Below are positions 1 to 13,070 of a stretch of DNA of 64,000 nt, one piece after another. The notes beneath the pieces are model-generated. The model was not told the DNA's origin and did not search any database. It saw only the letters and a list, made by a program, of their open reading frames with translations. The stretch's first letter is position 1. The number at the start of each line of letters is the position of its first letter. Source of the DNA: Octopus sinensis (lineage: Eukaryota); NCBI RefSeq assembly GCF_006345805.1, contig NC_043010.1, positions 45,136,001 through 45,200,000 on the forward strand, written 5' to 3'. The position numbers and the translations under genes were made by a program.

Positions 1-16
1 TATGAAAACTAACAGC

Positions 17-850
17 TTATTTTGCTGGATATGATGGAAAGTGTCTGCTGTCCACAGCCAGCAGACTGAGGTGATACTTGTTTACTGGGTATGCTTCAAG
101 AACCCTGCGAAGAATTCTTGCAGTTCCAAGCAATACTGATTTTTCTAGGTGATATACCTTCACACTTGCACCGATCTTTATCAGCCATGTTGCTAGTTGA
201 GTGCTGATGCTTCCAAGTGAACCAACTACTACTGGCATCACGTCTACCCTCTTCATTGGCACAACCTTTGTATTTCCCACTTTCAATCGTCATAGTTGTT
301 TATTTTTCCTTCTTCATTCACATTGATCATGTTGCCACCGAGCATGCTATGTCGATTATCATACATGTTCTTTCTTTTTTATTCACCACGACAATGTCCG
401 GTTTCCGATGTCTGCTCAGGTGATTGCGCTGGATCATTACATGCCACAGGATTTTGCAGTTCTCATTTTCGGTGACTCCTTCTGGGGTTTGCGCATACTA
501 CGCCATTGCTCTTTGTAGGCTGTGATTTCCACAGAGCTACCAATAGCTCATTCTTTCCACATTGTCATGGCGTCTTTTGTATTTGCGTTTGAAAGAATGA
601 ACTGTTCATTCTTTCCTCCAAGCTTAACTTTACTTCTCTTAGCATAGCACCCCACTCTCACTATCGTACAAGGGCAGGGCACCACTCTATCACATCTCTC
701 TGTACTAGATCTAACCCATGCAGTTTTATTTGTTTATTAGCATCATTATCTCCATATCTGCTCGCCTGGATTCCTCTTTTAGCCACTCATTACCCCACGG
801 ACTTAACCTCGGTAAATATTTCGGAGTTTAATTTCAAAATCATTTGAGCG
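17..850 (-). mobile_element. R4/Dong-like non-LTR retrotransposon, decayed 3' part (zinc-knuckle region and restriction-like endonuclease)
   Basis: ORF 17-286 reads PVVVGSLGSI...LEKSVLLGTARILRRVLE, the typical R4/Dong C-terminus. KYKRRHDNV lies on the - strand near 570-600. Confidence 0.8.
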
Positions 851-893
851 TTACTAGATGTTTTCTAAACTGAGCATGTCTGGGTCTCGTCTG

Positions 894-894
<1 letters not shown>

Positions 895-931
<37 letters not shown>

Positions 932-943
932 AAACACACACAA

Positions 944-984
<41 letters not shown>

Positions 985-1025
985 CACAAACACACACAAA
1001 CACACACAAACACACACACACAAAC

Positions 1026-1080
<55 letters not shown>

Positions 1081-1087
1081 CACAAAC

Positions 1088-1121
<34 letters not shown>

Positions 1122-1123
1122 CA

Positions 1124-1182
<59 letters not shown>
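895..1182. repeat. (CA)n microsatellite with recurrent CAAA interruptions
   Basis: Read directly. It explains the spurious CVCV/HTHT ORFs. Confidence 0.98.
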
Positions 1183-1184
<2 letters not shown>

Positions 1185-1745
1185 AATATACTAGGAAATA
1201 ATAAGCTAGGGATTATAGTAGTAATAGTGAAATTATAATAGTGAACAAGAATTACCCAGAATGATTAACAAGTGGTCTTTGTGAAACCGTCGAGTCGTCG
1301 GCGACTAAACTGGAAACCCCACTAAACTTGTTTGTTGAGGAGGGTGGATTTTTGACACCCTGCAGGATTAAAAACAAAACCCAGCAAAGGAACTTAAAAG
1401 AGTCAATGGCCATTCCGAAAACGGGTACACAGAACTCGTGAGCCTTGGTTGACAGTCTGTCTAGGAGAAGGAACACTCTGATTTAAGAGGAGGGGGTGAT
1501 ACTTAGGGGAAAGGTTTATCGATGGGGAAACCAAGGACTAAGGGTGAAAGATGGTAGTGTCGAGCAATGGAGAGAAAACCATAGTGAACTGACAAAATAG
1601 AAAATTAGGAAATTGAAAAATGAAGAAAGAAAAATATGGAAAAGGTATGAACAATGAGGAGGTCTTTGGAAATCTTCTATTGAGAAACGCCAGAAAGTTG
1701 TTGTTTTTTTTTTATTTCCAAAGTTCAAAGGTTTATAAAGTTTAA

Positions 1746-1781
<36 letters not shown>

Positions 1782-1782
1782 C

Positions 1783-1843
<61 letters not shown>
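1746..1843. repeat. compound (GAAA)n(GATA)n microsatellite
   Basis: Read directly. Confidence 0.97.
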
Positions 1844-1844
<1 letters not shown>

Positions 1845-2845
1845 CATTTGAAATGCAAAAATAAGTGCGTGCAAAGAAAGTTAAAGTCTATGGCTATCGG
1901 AAACGTTGCGCGTGTGAGCTTCCATATTTTCTTCGTATCTGTCGAAATGATGCTTCCATGGTCGGCAAATTCCTTGCGTGTCGGCAATGCTGCATTGTTG
2001 TGAAGTGCATCGTAGTGTGGATCGCAGTACAGAGTTTTCTGTAGCAGGACGAAGGAGGGTGCATCTTAGTGGTGACGAAGGTTGTCATTCTTCTCCTCTG
2101 GTTTAGCCATTGTTGATATGAAGACGGCAGTCCTTTAGTTCGAAGTCAGCAAAATGCAGCGGTATGTTGCATTAGAAAGTAGCAATTGTTTTCAGCCGAT
2201 GTCACCAATGTAATCGATGGATGTGACAACTTTTCATGTGATGGTAAAGGTGAAGGCGAAGGCTGCAATTATTTAACTCGGGGTCACCAGTGTGAAACAG
2301 CAGATAATAATTGATACACAATAGGATGGAACGTCGGAGTCACCAATTTGTGATAGTTTGTCACCAACTACGTTCTCACCAACTTTTGCTTACGAAGTTC
2401 TTGTTTTCATAACTATCCAGAATTAGTGAGAATTAGTCGTAAATATACTCCGCGATTTTTATGGCTTTCTTCGTAGCAATATATGCTTTTTCAAACTTTT
2501 TAAGGCTAAATTATCAATAATAATATACCTTATTTGCCGGTTTACTGGACGCCCCTTCGCAGCTGAAGGTCCCTCTGATTAGAATAGCCGCGCATCACGT
2601 CGCTTGATTTTTCTTTTTCTTTTTCTTTTTTTTTTGATTCAAGTACACTGTATCTCGTATCTCTTATTCCTGCTTTCAATCAAAGCTTGCTAAGTAGTAT
2701 AACGACATCTATCTATTATTCACACATACACGCTTTTTTAAAAATCATCGCTACATTTGATCATACACATTGTTTATTTCAACAGGTTAATTTTTAAGTT
2801 CGTGAGCCAATATAGCCTCATTGAAATTAAGTTACTTGCTGCCCC

Positions 2846-2894
<49 letters not shown>

Positions 2895-3129
2895 TTATAG
2901 TGTAGATTACTGTATCTAGTGATAATACAAAGTATATTTTTCAAAACCATGATTATTTTTAATCCCCGCTCAATCTTCCATTGGTGGTATGCACATATTA
3001 GACGCAATGAAGTTTTTTTGTAGGTTTTCTTTTGGAAAACCTGCGTCCAGTAGCTATCTCCAGTATTTTGTCGAGTACAGTGCTTTTCGCAGCGTGTTAT
3101 TAAAGCCCTAAGACGCCGCCCAAACACCA

Positions 3130-4500
3130 ACTACTGGATATGTTCCAGGAAGGTAAAAGTTATGCTGCAAAAGGTCGCTATTGTGTTGTCAACGAAAGCA
3201 CCATACTCTAGATAAAGAACGAGGTGAGATCAGGATTACCGTAGCTGTACGTTTCTGTGAAAGTGCCAAAAAGATAACGATTGTGAGAAATAAGTATTTC
3301 TTTATGATGGAATCTGTCAGTGACTGCACGAAAAAACATCCCCTTGAGCGGTAACATCATCCGTGGGAAAGCGCGCAATTTATACCAGGGGTCGACAGAG
3401 GAGGCGGATCAGAAGGCACCGAAGAACCGTAACCAAGACCATTGACAGCACCGGAGCCCGAAGATTTTCAAACCAGCAAAGGATGGTTTGGCCGTTTCCA
3501 GAAACGGTTTAAAATAAAGTGTGTTTCCCTGTATGGAGAGACAGCATCAGCCAACAAAGAAGCCACCAAGAAGTACCTCGAGGACAAGGGATACAAGCCG
3601 GAACAATTTTCAATATAGACGAGACTGGTTTGTCCTAGAAGATGCTTTCCAGAACATACATCATGAAGGACGAAGCCAGAGCCCCGAGATTTAAGGCATA
3701 GAAGGAAAGAGTGATGCTAACTATGTGTTGCTGCTGGCTTCATGATGAAACCAGGACTTACCTAAAAGTCCGTGAACCTGAATGCTTTCAAAAATTACAA
3801 TAAAAACCTGCTGCCTGTCCACTGGATGCACTACCCCAAGGCCTGGATTAGCAAAAGTCTGACTTTGAATTGGTTCCACCAATGTTTCATCCCTCAAGCC
3901 AAGGAAGGCCTCCAAAATGTTTGCATGAATTCAAGGTGTTGCTTGTTATGGATAATGCTGGTGGTCACTTATTGCATGCTGGAAGACGGTGCGGCTAGAG
4001 TGTGACCAGGACTGCGAAGGCTTCTCACCTGAAGATATTCAGCACGAGACTGTCAACAATGTGGTGAAACTGGCGAAGGTTTTGACAACATCACGCAAGA
4101 TGAGTTCAACGAGCTCATCGATACCCACCCTGAAACCCTGACAGACGATGATTTATTGGAGTTAACGAAGTCTAGCAGCGAAAAGGAGGAGGTAGCGCTA
4201 GATCCAGAGGAAGCGGTGGATGAGGTGAGCCTTACAACTGAACGTCTGTCCACGCTTTTTAAGGACAACAAAGGAATTGTAAGGGAAGGTGGGAACATGG
4301 GATCCCTATATGGTTCGGTCTCTCCAACTTAAAAATACCATCGATGCTGCCATGCAGACATATAAAACTCTCCTCACTACCAAGAAGAAACAACGCCAGC
4401 AAATCCCCATCACTATGTTCCTCCAGCCCACCAAGAAAGCCTTACAGGAAGATGCGACATCCCCTAAAACACCCGGAGAAGAGGCGTCAGCTGAAGAGCT
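3130..4500 (+). mobile_element. Tigger/pogo DNA transposon remnant (copy A)
   Basis: Broken frames give IPLSGNIIRGKAR, QFFNIDETGL and KNLLPVHWMHYPKAWISKSLTLNWFHQCFIPQAK, as in TIGD1/Tigger DDE transposases. Confidence 0.8.
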
Positions 4501-4559
4501 TTAAATCTTTTTTGTTGCGCAGTCATTACCTTCATTATTTTCATCCTCCTCCTCCTCAT

Positions 4560-6426
4560 CATCATCATCATGAAAAAATTGCCTGTCCTGTGGATCAACG
4601 AGACACAACTCGGAAGAGATACGATTACGGAGACCATCATCTGCGAGAAAGCACGAGCGCTGCATGAGGGTCACCTGAAGCAGAACCCTGGAACATTGAC
4701 GAAGGAGACATCATCAGACGTATTTAAGACCAGTCGTGGCTAGTTTGATAATCTCAAGGAGACTGGTGTTCATAGCGTCGTCAGATATGGAGAAGCAGCA
4801 AGTTCTGACACGAAGGCAGCTGAGGATTTCGTGCGTGAATTCCATCAGCTTATCGCGACCGAGGGGTACATCGCACAGCAGATATTCAACTGTCACGAAA
4901 CTGGCCTTTTATGGGAAAAAAATGTCCAGAAGAACCTCCATAACTGAACGGGGAGAAGAAAATGCCAGGCCACAAGCCTATGAAAGATAGGCTAACTCTC
5001 GCCCTTTATGCCAATGCGAATGGAGACTTGAAGATTAAGCCGCTCTTTGCCTACCATTCCGAAAACCCACGGGAGTTCAAGTGGTACAAAATACTGAAGG
5101 AGAAGTTGCAGGTCATGTGGAGAGCAAATTTTATAGCCTGGGTCACCAGGCAATTCTTCACCGCGTGGGTCGACCTTGTCTTCAGACCAGCAATGAAAAA
5201 GTACCTTCTGGAGAACTATCATCCTCTCAAGGCTTTCCTCATCCTCGACAATGTTCCTACTCACCCTCCTAACCTCGAAGATGATATCCTGGATGAATTT
5301 AAATTCATAAAAGTTCTATACCTTTCGCACAACACCGCCCCTATCTTACAGCCCATGGTCCAATAGGTGATTTCTAATTTTAAGAAATTGTACACCAAAC
5401 ACCTGATTCGTCGGTGCTTTGAAGTCACCGAAAATACAAATCGTGAGTTTTGGAAGGAATGCAACAATATTGTTAACTGCTTGAACATCATTGATATTGC
5501 CTAGCAGATTGTAATGAGTGGAATGCTGAATTCGACATGGAGGCAACTGAGGCCTGACTGCGTATCTGAAAGAGACTTCGAGGGGTTTGAATCTGAGTCA
5601 CCTGTAGTCGATCAGTGTCTCTTGGCCAGTCCATGGCCTCGAGGTTGATGATGAGGACATTAACGATCTCGTCGAGGAACACTCAGGGGAGCTGACGACA
5701 GATAAACGCCTGCAGCAGCTTCAGAAGCAGCAGCATTCAGATGCGGTGAAAGAGATTGGTTTCTCGGAAGACAGTGTAGCGAAGAAGGCTATCTCTAGGA
5801 ATGATATAAAGGCAATGTTGGCAAAGTGGCAGTATGTTTCTGAATTTGTAGAAAAAAAAACATCCTGAAAAAGTATCTACTGGTCATGCAACTGCTTTAT
5901 TTAATGACACTGCTCTGGCGCATTTTCGTAATATTTTGAAAGGCTGGTAAAATCAGGCTTCTCTTGATATGTTTCTAACGAATCGACCTGCAAGTGTGAA
6001 AAGTGAAGAAAGTGTGTCCAAACAGCCAAAATTAAACGAAGTGAGAGAGAAAACGTCAGAAATTGTTCTCATGAAGTCTTAATGGAAGGAGATTCTCTTT
6101 CCAAACAATATTCCTCCTCCACCAAGCTCCATCGTTTACCTCGCGCTCAAATCGCCCTATCTTTAAGGTAATTTAATTGATAAAACCAGTTTACATATAT
6201 CTTTTGCTTTCTCTTTTATTGTTTTTATAACTTTCATTTTCCTTGTAACTGCACCTTTTCTGTTTTAAGGCCTATAAAAAAATATTTTGGGGGTGGTTTG
6301 GCGGGGCTGGGACGGATTAATGATGTTTTAATTAATTTCAATGGGAAAATTGATTTGTAAAACGAGTAAATCGCAAAACGAGCTCGGTCATGGAACGAAT
6401 TAAACTCGTATTGCGAGGTATCGCTG
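4560..6426 (+). mobile_element. Tigger/pogo DNA transposon remnant (copy B) with right terminal inverted repeat
   Basis: Peptides IICEKARALH, QQIFNCHETGL, MPGHKPMKDRLTL and LILDNVPTHP. The element ends in a Tigger-type TIR, ...ctcgtattgcgaggtatcgctg, at about 6426. Confidence 0.88.
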
Positions 6427-6486
<60 letters not shown>

Positions 6487-6578
6487 TGTATTATCCTGAT
6501 TTATAACCCAAACCGTTGATGACTCGCTGCTATCGCTATTGTCATTGTTTGTATTAATTTTTGGTTGCACCCATTTAG

Positions 6579-6718
6579 ATTTGAGAGGAGCATGGCATCG
6601 TATATCTATGGTCAGTTTTTCTGTCCTCAACTTTATTATGTGACATGCAAAATTATTGATTATATGATAACGGGTGCGCTAAGAGATAAAAGTAAAAATA
6701 TTGTACTGCTTACACATG
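6579..6718 (+). CDS. candidate exon A of a divergent kinesin-motor-like gene
   Basis: catttag| acceptor and |gtaaga donor. Open frame (R)FERSMASYIYGQFFCPQLYYVTCKIIDYMITGALRDKSKNIVLLTH, phase 2 to 1. Confidence 0.5.
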
Positions 6719-6843
6719 GTAAGACACTGCTAAAACATGGTAAGACACGATATTGACTTATAAAACTTTAATATACTTGGTAGTATATTATGGTTGCAAA
6801 ATTATATATTGTTACCTTACCAGCAATTAAATTTGCGTACCAG

Positions 6844-6928
6844 TTGCCAAGTATGTGTTTAATATGAAAATTGATCTATCCAATTATGTTACACCGTTAA
6901 AATTAGTGGTCATTTCAACAATGTGTTC
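6844..6928 (+). CDS. candidate exon B of the kinesin-motor-like gene
   Basis: gtaccag| ... |gtagat. (V)AKYVFNMKIDLSNYVTPLKLVVISTMC, phase 1 to 2, joins A and C in frame. Splice sites are only moderate. Confidence 0.35.
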
Positions 6929-7071
6929 GTAGATAGTTAGTGGGCTAGCTGAGGTGCTGATGAAATCGCAATAACCCTTGAAATATGCATATACATTCGT
7001 GAACTATTTTTCTATCTTCGATCGTATTGTCTACATAAATATATTCGTTTGCAAAACATCGTAACTTGCAG

Positions 7072-7148
7072 TGCTGGCTCTGAATTCTATAGAAAATCTA
7101 TTGAGATGAAATCGAAAATTTTGTATCAGCATACTTCTCTGTTCAATG
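7072..7148 (+). CDS. candidate exon C of the kinesin-motor-like gene (AGSE, switch II-like)
   Basis: cttgcag| ... |gtaata. (S)AGSEFYRKSIEMKSKILYQHTSLFN, phase 2 to 1. Confidence 0.45.
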
Positions 7149-7596
7149 GTAATAAACTTTGTTTAGCAATAGATATATATACATAAAGGAGTAAAAGTTA
7201 ACAAATGGGTAAGTTAATTTTATATACAATGAGCATTTTGGTTTAAAAGGAAATCGCCTATATTGCCCACTTACTTCTTTTGTATGACATAACCCACATC
7301 ATTTCCATTTTTCTTTTAATTCGCTATGAACAACAGAGTGCGTGAGAAAAATATATATTTCGTACAATTTTCAGTAATTCTCTCTATTTTCCCAGGTTTC
7401 TTTATACTCTTTTCTTTTATTTTCCGTTCTTTTTCTTCTGCCCAGTAATACTATAAAACGACATTCTTTTAAAAAATATTTTAACGGAAACAACGAAAAA
7501 AAAACAAGCAAGTTATTAATGGAAGTCTGTGAATATTCACGTTTGAATGTATCGGACGTTAACGTTTCTGTACATTCTTTTATTCTAACACAAAAG

Positions 7597-7624
7597 ACAA
7601 CACCCTAACTCACAGCTGTTCAAG
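7597..7624 (+). CDS. candidate exon D of the kinesin-motor-like gene
   Basis: cacaaaag| ... |gtaaaa. (D)NTLTHSCS, phase 1 to 2, bridges C and E in frame. Confidence 0.35.
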
Positions 7625-7684
7625 GTAAAAATAATTAAACAACTATTCAAAACTATAAAACCACATGCTTTTTTAAAAAGTATT

Positions 7685-10600
7685 TCAGTTGGCATCCTTT
7701 TTGTCTCGGGAGACAATGGAGTTGCGCATAAAGTAGTCTTATCCGGCTTTTACATTTCATGTCCTGATACATTTCCTGCTGTGGGTGTGTAGTCCTATCC
7801 TGGACAAACACTCCCTCTGTCATGTACCGCAAATGTAGCGAAGACTGTTCCTGGCTGGTTGTAATGCCATAGTTTCTTGTTGACGTCTCTTCTTTTCTTT
7901 CCATCTCTCCTCTCTCTCTCCGTCACTCCTTTGTATTCTCTCTTTTACGGTACGTCGCCATTCTCCACCGTTGCCGGCAACTGCCTCCCAACCGCTAATA
8001 TTGATGTTGCAGGCCTTCATGTCCCTTTTGCAAACATCCTTGTAACGTAAGATCGGTCTACCCACAGACCTAGTACCCCTAGCAAGCTCTCCGTAGAGTA
8101 TGTCCTTGGGGATTCTGCCATCTTTCATACGGCTAACATGCCCAAGCCATCTCATACATCTTTGTGTGAGGAGTACAAACATGCTTGGTATTCCTGCTTG
8201 CCTGAGGACATCTTTGTTGGGGATATGATTCTGCCATTTGATGCGGAGGATTTTTCGGAGGCAGCGCAGGTGAAAGATGTTTATGTGACGCTCTTGGCGT
8301 GTGCATAGCGTCCAAGTCTCACTTCCATACAGTAGAGTGCTGAGTACACATGCCTGGTAGATCTTCATTTTCGTGGTCTTGGTCAGCTTATTGTTGTCCC
8401 AAGCCCGTTTGGAGAGTTGGGCCATCGCAGCAGCTGCCTTGCCAATGCGTATATTGAGCTCAGCGTCAAAAGATAGGTTGTAGGTGACGGTAGAGCCCAG
8501 ATAGGTAAACTTCTCCACCTCTTGTAATCTGTGGTCTCCAATATGTATGTTTGGGATGTCCGATGTAGCCTGACCCATGATGTTAGTCTTCTAAAGGCTG
8601 ATAGCTAAGCCAAAGTCGTTACATGCTTGCTCAAAACAGTTAATGAGCCTTTGGAGGGCTTCTTCTGTGTGTGATACCAGAGCGGCATCATCAGCAAATA
8701 ACATCTCCTTGATCAGGACGTTTCTGATTTTGGTCTTGGCACGCAGGTGCGAGAGATTGAACAGTTTCCCGTCACTTCTACTGCGCAGAAACACTCCATC
8801 ATCTGATGTCTGAAAGGCATGTGAAAGTAAGAGCGAGAAGAAGATGCCAAACAATGTAGGAGCGAGGACACAACCTTGCTTTACCCCGTTTTTTATTTGG
8901 AAGGCTGCTGATGTTGAACCGTTGTGCTGTATGGTGCCTTGCATGTCATCATGGAAAGACTTGATGATCCTCAGCAGCTTTGGTGGACATCCGATTTTTT
9001 GGAGCAGGATGAAGAGGCCTGTTCTGCTTACCGAGTCAAAAGCCTTTGTTAGATCAATGAAGGCCATATATAATGGCATTTTCTGCTCTCTGGACTTCTC
9101 CTGAAGTTGGCGTATGGAGAATATCATATCGATAGTTGATCTGCTTCTTCTAAAGCCACACTGCGATTCCGGATAGATTCGAGAAGCAAGTAGTTGTAGC
9201 CTGGCCAGGATAACGCGGGCAAAGATCTTTCCAACAGTGCTTAGAAGAGATATACCACGGTAATTGTTACAATCACCACGGTCACCTTTGTTTTTGTAAA
9301 GCGTAATGATGTTAGCATCCCGCATATCCTGAGGGACTGTACCCTCTTCCCAGCACTGACACAGAAGCTCATGAAGGTGCCGAAGCAGGATGGTGTTTTT
9401 GCCGGCTTTGATGATCTCTGAGGGGATTCCGTCATTTCCCGGAGCCTTATTTCTTGCTAGGGAGTCAACAGCCTTGGTGAGCTCTACTATAGATGGCGGA
9501 CTGTCAAAGTTCGCACATGACTGGCAAGATCTTGACACTCTCGACTGCAGCCTCAGCCTCTGTAGTCTCCCGTGAGTAGAGATCTTGGTAGTGCTCCACC
9601 CATCTATCCATTTGCTTGCCTTGATCCCTGATGAGATCTCCAGTAGTTGATTTCAGAGGAGCTGACTTGGTTGCGGATGGACCGAGGGCCTTCTTCAAAC
9701 CGGCATACATCCCACGGGTGTCGCCCCTGTCAGCAGCTGACTGGATACTCTGACAGATTTCCTGCCAATACCTATTTGCACAGCGTCTGGCTGTCAGTTG
9801 GGTTTTATTTCGTGCCTTTCTGAGTTCTTCGAGTGACTTTGTAGAAGAGTCACTCTTGTATTGCATCAGAGCTGCACGCTTTGCTTCGATAACTAGCTCC
9901 AGCTCTGAGAGCCCAGCATTGAACCAATCTGGGTTTTGCCTTTCTCTCATGCCGAAAGTATCTATTGATGTCGTATACAAGGCTTCCCTGATATAGTTCC
10001 ACCTACTTTCAGCAGAGGAGGTTAGGCAGCTACTGAGGGCAACTTTGATAGAAGCAGCAAAACATTTTCGCAGTGTAGGGTCCGAGGTTCTGGCGGTGTT
10101 GATGCGTGGTCGGTCCACTTTCTTGGAGCGATGGACTTTTTTAGGTAGAATCCTCACCCTACTTCTAATTAGTGAGTGGTCTGTGTCACAATCCGCGCTA
10201 TGGTAACTGCGGGTCAATAGAGTAGAATTCAGAAAGGATCTCCGTGTAATGATGAGATCCAGCTGATGCCAGAGGTGAGATCTTGGATGTCTCCAGGATG
10301 CCTTGTGGGATGGCTTGTTGGTAAAGAATGTGTTTGTGATGCACAGGTTGTGGTATGTGCAGAATTCGAGTAGTCTCTGACCATTGTCATTCATGTTGCC
10401 AATACCAAAGTGTCCAACACAAATGGGCCACGAATCATGGTCAGATCCCACGCGAGCGTTAAAATCCTCTAGAAGGTAGATATTTTCAGTCGTTGGTATA
10501 TTTTCTATGACACAGTTGAGATCTTTGTAGAACTGGTGCTTGGTCTCCTCTGAGCTGTAGAGTGTGGGAGCATAGATGCTGAGTAGATGTACTGAGCCAG

Positions 10601-11545
10601 AAGAAGCCGAGAGGCGCAGTGAGAGGATATGCTCAGTGCCTCCTGATGGTGGTTCTATTGAGGAAAGTAGTGAGTTTCTCACTGCAAAGCCAACGCCATG
10701 TTGACGAGGTTCTTCTGGATCGCTTCCCTGCCAAAAGAAGGTGAAATCCTGCTCTTTGAGTTTGCCGTTTGAGGGAAGTCTTGTCTCCTGCAGCCCAGCA
10801 ATATCTATGTTGAGCCTCTTTAGTTCACGGTCAATGATGGCCGTTTTCCTTGTGTCTTCAATCCTGAGTAGATCATCAGATATTCCAGGACACATGGTCC
10901 TGACATTCCAGCTTGCCAACCGCAGAACTGGTGTTTTCTTGACTTTTAGTTGTTTGCCTGGTGCAGAGGTTGCAGGCCGCTTTTCAAGTCATACTCTTAG
11001 CTCCAAGCACCCAATGGAGCAGGCGGCCTGTGGCGGGTCAGCACCTTATTAACTGGGGGCTGCCCAGCTTGAGGTGGGCAGTAGCTAACCAATAGGACAC
11101 GGAGGTCCCTCCCACCGTCAGAGGTAACCCGTAGCGCCCATATTTTACGCCAATCTGAATGGACTTATCACTCGTGACTGTTACCTCCCGTGTTGTTTCT
11201 GCAGCTTTTTACAGCAGCACTGAAGTGTCCTCTCCAGTTTTGCGCAGGTCTGGGCTATAGATAAGAAAGTCCTGGGTAGCCCAATCGTCAGGTTTCCTCT
11301 CTCGACCTTGCTGATGTAGTCCAAAGGAGTGCAGTGTATTACGTTTGGCACCAGCTTGGTTGCAGGAGCTGCCGGAAGAGTGTCGAGTCGAACACTAGAC
11401 CGCTTTCGGGGCTCCACTCCGGATTTCTTTGAAGGTTGTCTCCTTTCCATAACCCTGGATAGGGGCCCATACCGGGTACTGTCAGCCGGAGCCAGCTGAG
11501 CCCGGAACTCGTGTCAGGCAGGGTCGTCACTCCCTGAAGTAGTGA
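7685..11545 (-). mobile_element. near full-length RTE-clade LINE (APE endonuclease + RT)
   Basis: ORFs 9504-10919 (ASWNVRT, LQETR, DFNARVG, TDHSL), 8591-9538 (NYRGISLLS, QCGFR, FIDLTKAFD, GVKQGC, LFADD) and 7820-8578 (FTYLGS, LLYGSETW, RWLGHV). One frameshift (~9510) and one stop (8591-8593). Confidence 0.96.
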
Positions 11546-11959
11546 AGAAGTTCGCTACCCACTACCTTTTCAAGTAATATTAAATTATTATTAGATTTTT
11601 CATTCTTTTGCCTACGTTTATTTTATATGTATATTTTCAACCACTAATATTCATCATCATCATCAGCAGCAGCAGTTGTAGTAGCAGCAGCGAACAAAGT
11701 CGGTGCGTCTCGGTCATCGTATGGCAGAATAAAAAAATGGCCAGGACTGCCAGCGAACAAGGTCGGTCGGAATTAAGGGACGATGGTCAGAATTTATGCA
11801 AAGAGGCATAATATATTGTAAATGGGTATTTCGTAGATACTTTGAAATATAAAACCTACTCTTTTATTATCACATTACAACTGATTTTCTAATTTTTCCT
11901 AGGATATCAACACATTAAAACTATAAAGCCGCTAATACATTTTCATTTATTTCTAGATT

Positions 11960-13070
11960 GTTTCAGAAAATATTCGACTCAGTCTTATTCTCCATGATCC
12001 AGATTACATTTCCAGTATGCCTAAAGTTACAAAGTTTTCCGAAATTGAACAAGGGAAGATTCTTGCACTGTAAGTGGAAGGAATGACTAACCGGAGAATT
12101 GCCAATTAGAATCATTGAACCAGAACGCCAGTGGATAATTTTCTGAAAGATCATGATGGCTACAACAGAGGTCCCAAGGCTACATCAGAAAGGGATGAAA
12201 GAGCCATCGTCAGAGCTGTGAAGAAATCACGCTGCTCTTCTGTTTCCAAAATCAAAGCATCGACAAGAGCCTCGACATTCACTGTTAGGAGAGTGATTTT
12301 GAACCCTGGTTTCCACCCGAAGAAGAGGCTAGGACGTCCATTATTGTCTCCTTCCTACAAAGCTGTTAGATTGGAGTTTACTTGGCAGCATCAGACGTGG
12401 GATGGTGAATGGACCAGGGTTCTGTTCCCTGATGAAAAAAAAATGTAATTTGGATGGCCTCGACAGTTATAAGTATTACTCGGCAGATAAATGTATGCAA
12501 AATTCTACTTATTCCAAGTGTCAGAACAGTAGAGGAGGTCTAATGGATTGGGGAGCAATATCTATCAATGGGAAACTGCTGCTTGTCATCATTGATGGCC
12601 CTTCCAATACTGCACGATTCATCGATATGTTGGACGGGTTCACATTCACGAAGAAAGAAGGATCCATGGCAAGAACTTCATATTTCAACAGGACAACGCC
12701 CCTAGTCGTAAAGCAAAGGCAACTTTCGATTTCCTTCATGCAATTGCGTTTGAAGTCGTGTCATTACCAGCAAGATGTCCCAACCTTAATCCTACAGAAA
12801 ATGCCAGGGAATATCTCACGTATGTTGTGTACAACGAAGATAAAGAATAGTCATCTGTTGATAAACTTGAAACGGCAATAAAGAAGGCTTCTACTTGATC
12901 TGTTGCAGAAGTTGATTGGGAGCATAAAATCATGGGTCTTTGAAGTAATTCAGAAAGGCGATGGTCAAATACATTGTTCTTGGTGTATTGTATGAAAATA
13001 TCACTGAAATACATCATAATTTTCCTGTTTAGCATCATTTTTGCAACATATTCAATCTGGCATAGTAGTT
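11960..13070 (+). mobile_element. Tc1/mariner (Tc3-like) DNA transposon, decayed
   Basis: Starts MPKVTKFSEIEQGKILAL at ~12017, then W..VLFPDEKK-NLDG, WGAIS, IFQQDNAP and PNLNPTEN across frameshifts. Confidence 0.88.

Noticed and set aside
854-1238. Long [12 protein letters not shown] ORFs here and at ~21500-22540, 39000-39390, 48550-48810 and 62015-62650
   Set aside because: They are translations of dinucleotide microsatellites.
7446-7608. Strong acceptor followed by NTIKRHSF...KLLMEVCEYSRL
   Set aside because: There is an in-frame stop before any good donor, so it was left out of the model.
7670-11590. Target-site duplication for the young RTE
   Set aside because: The flanks are only loosely similar (tttt..aagta), so no exact TSD could be defined.
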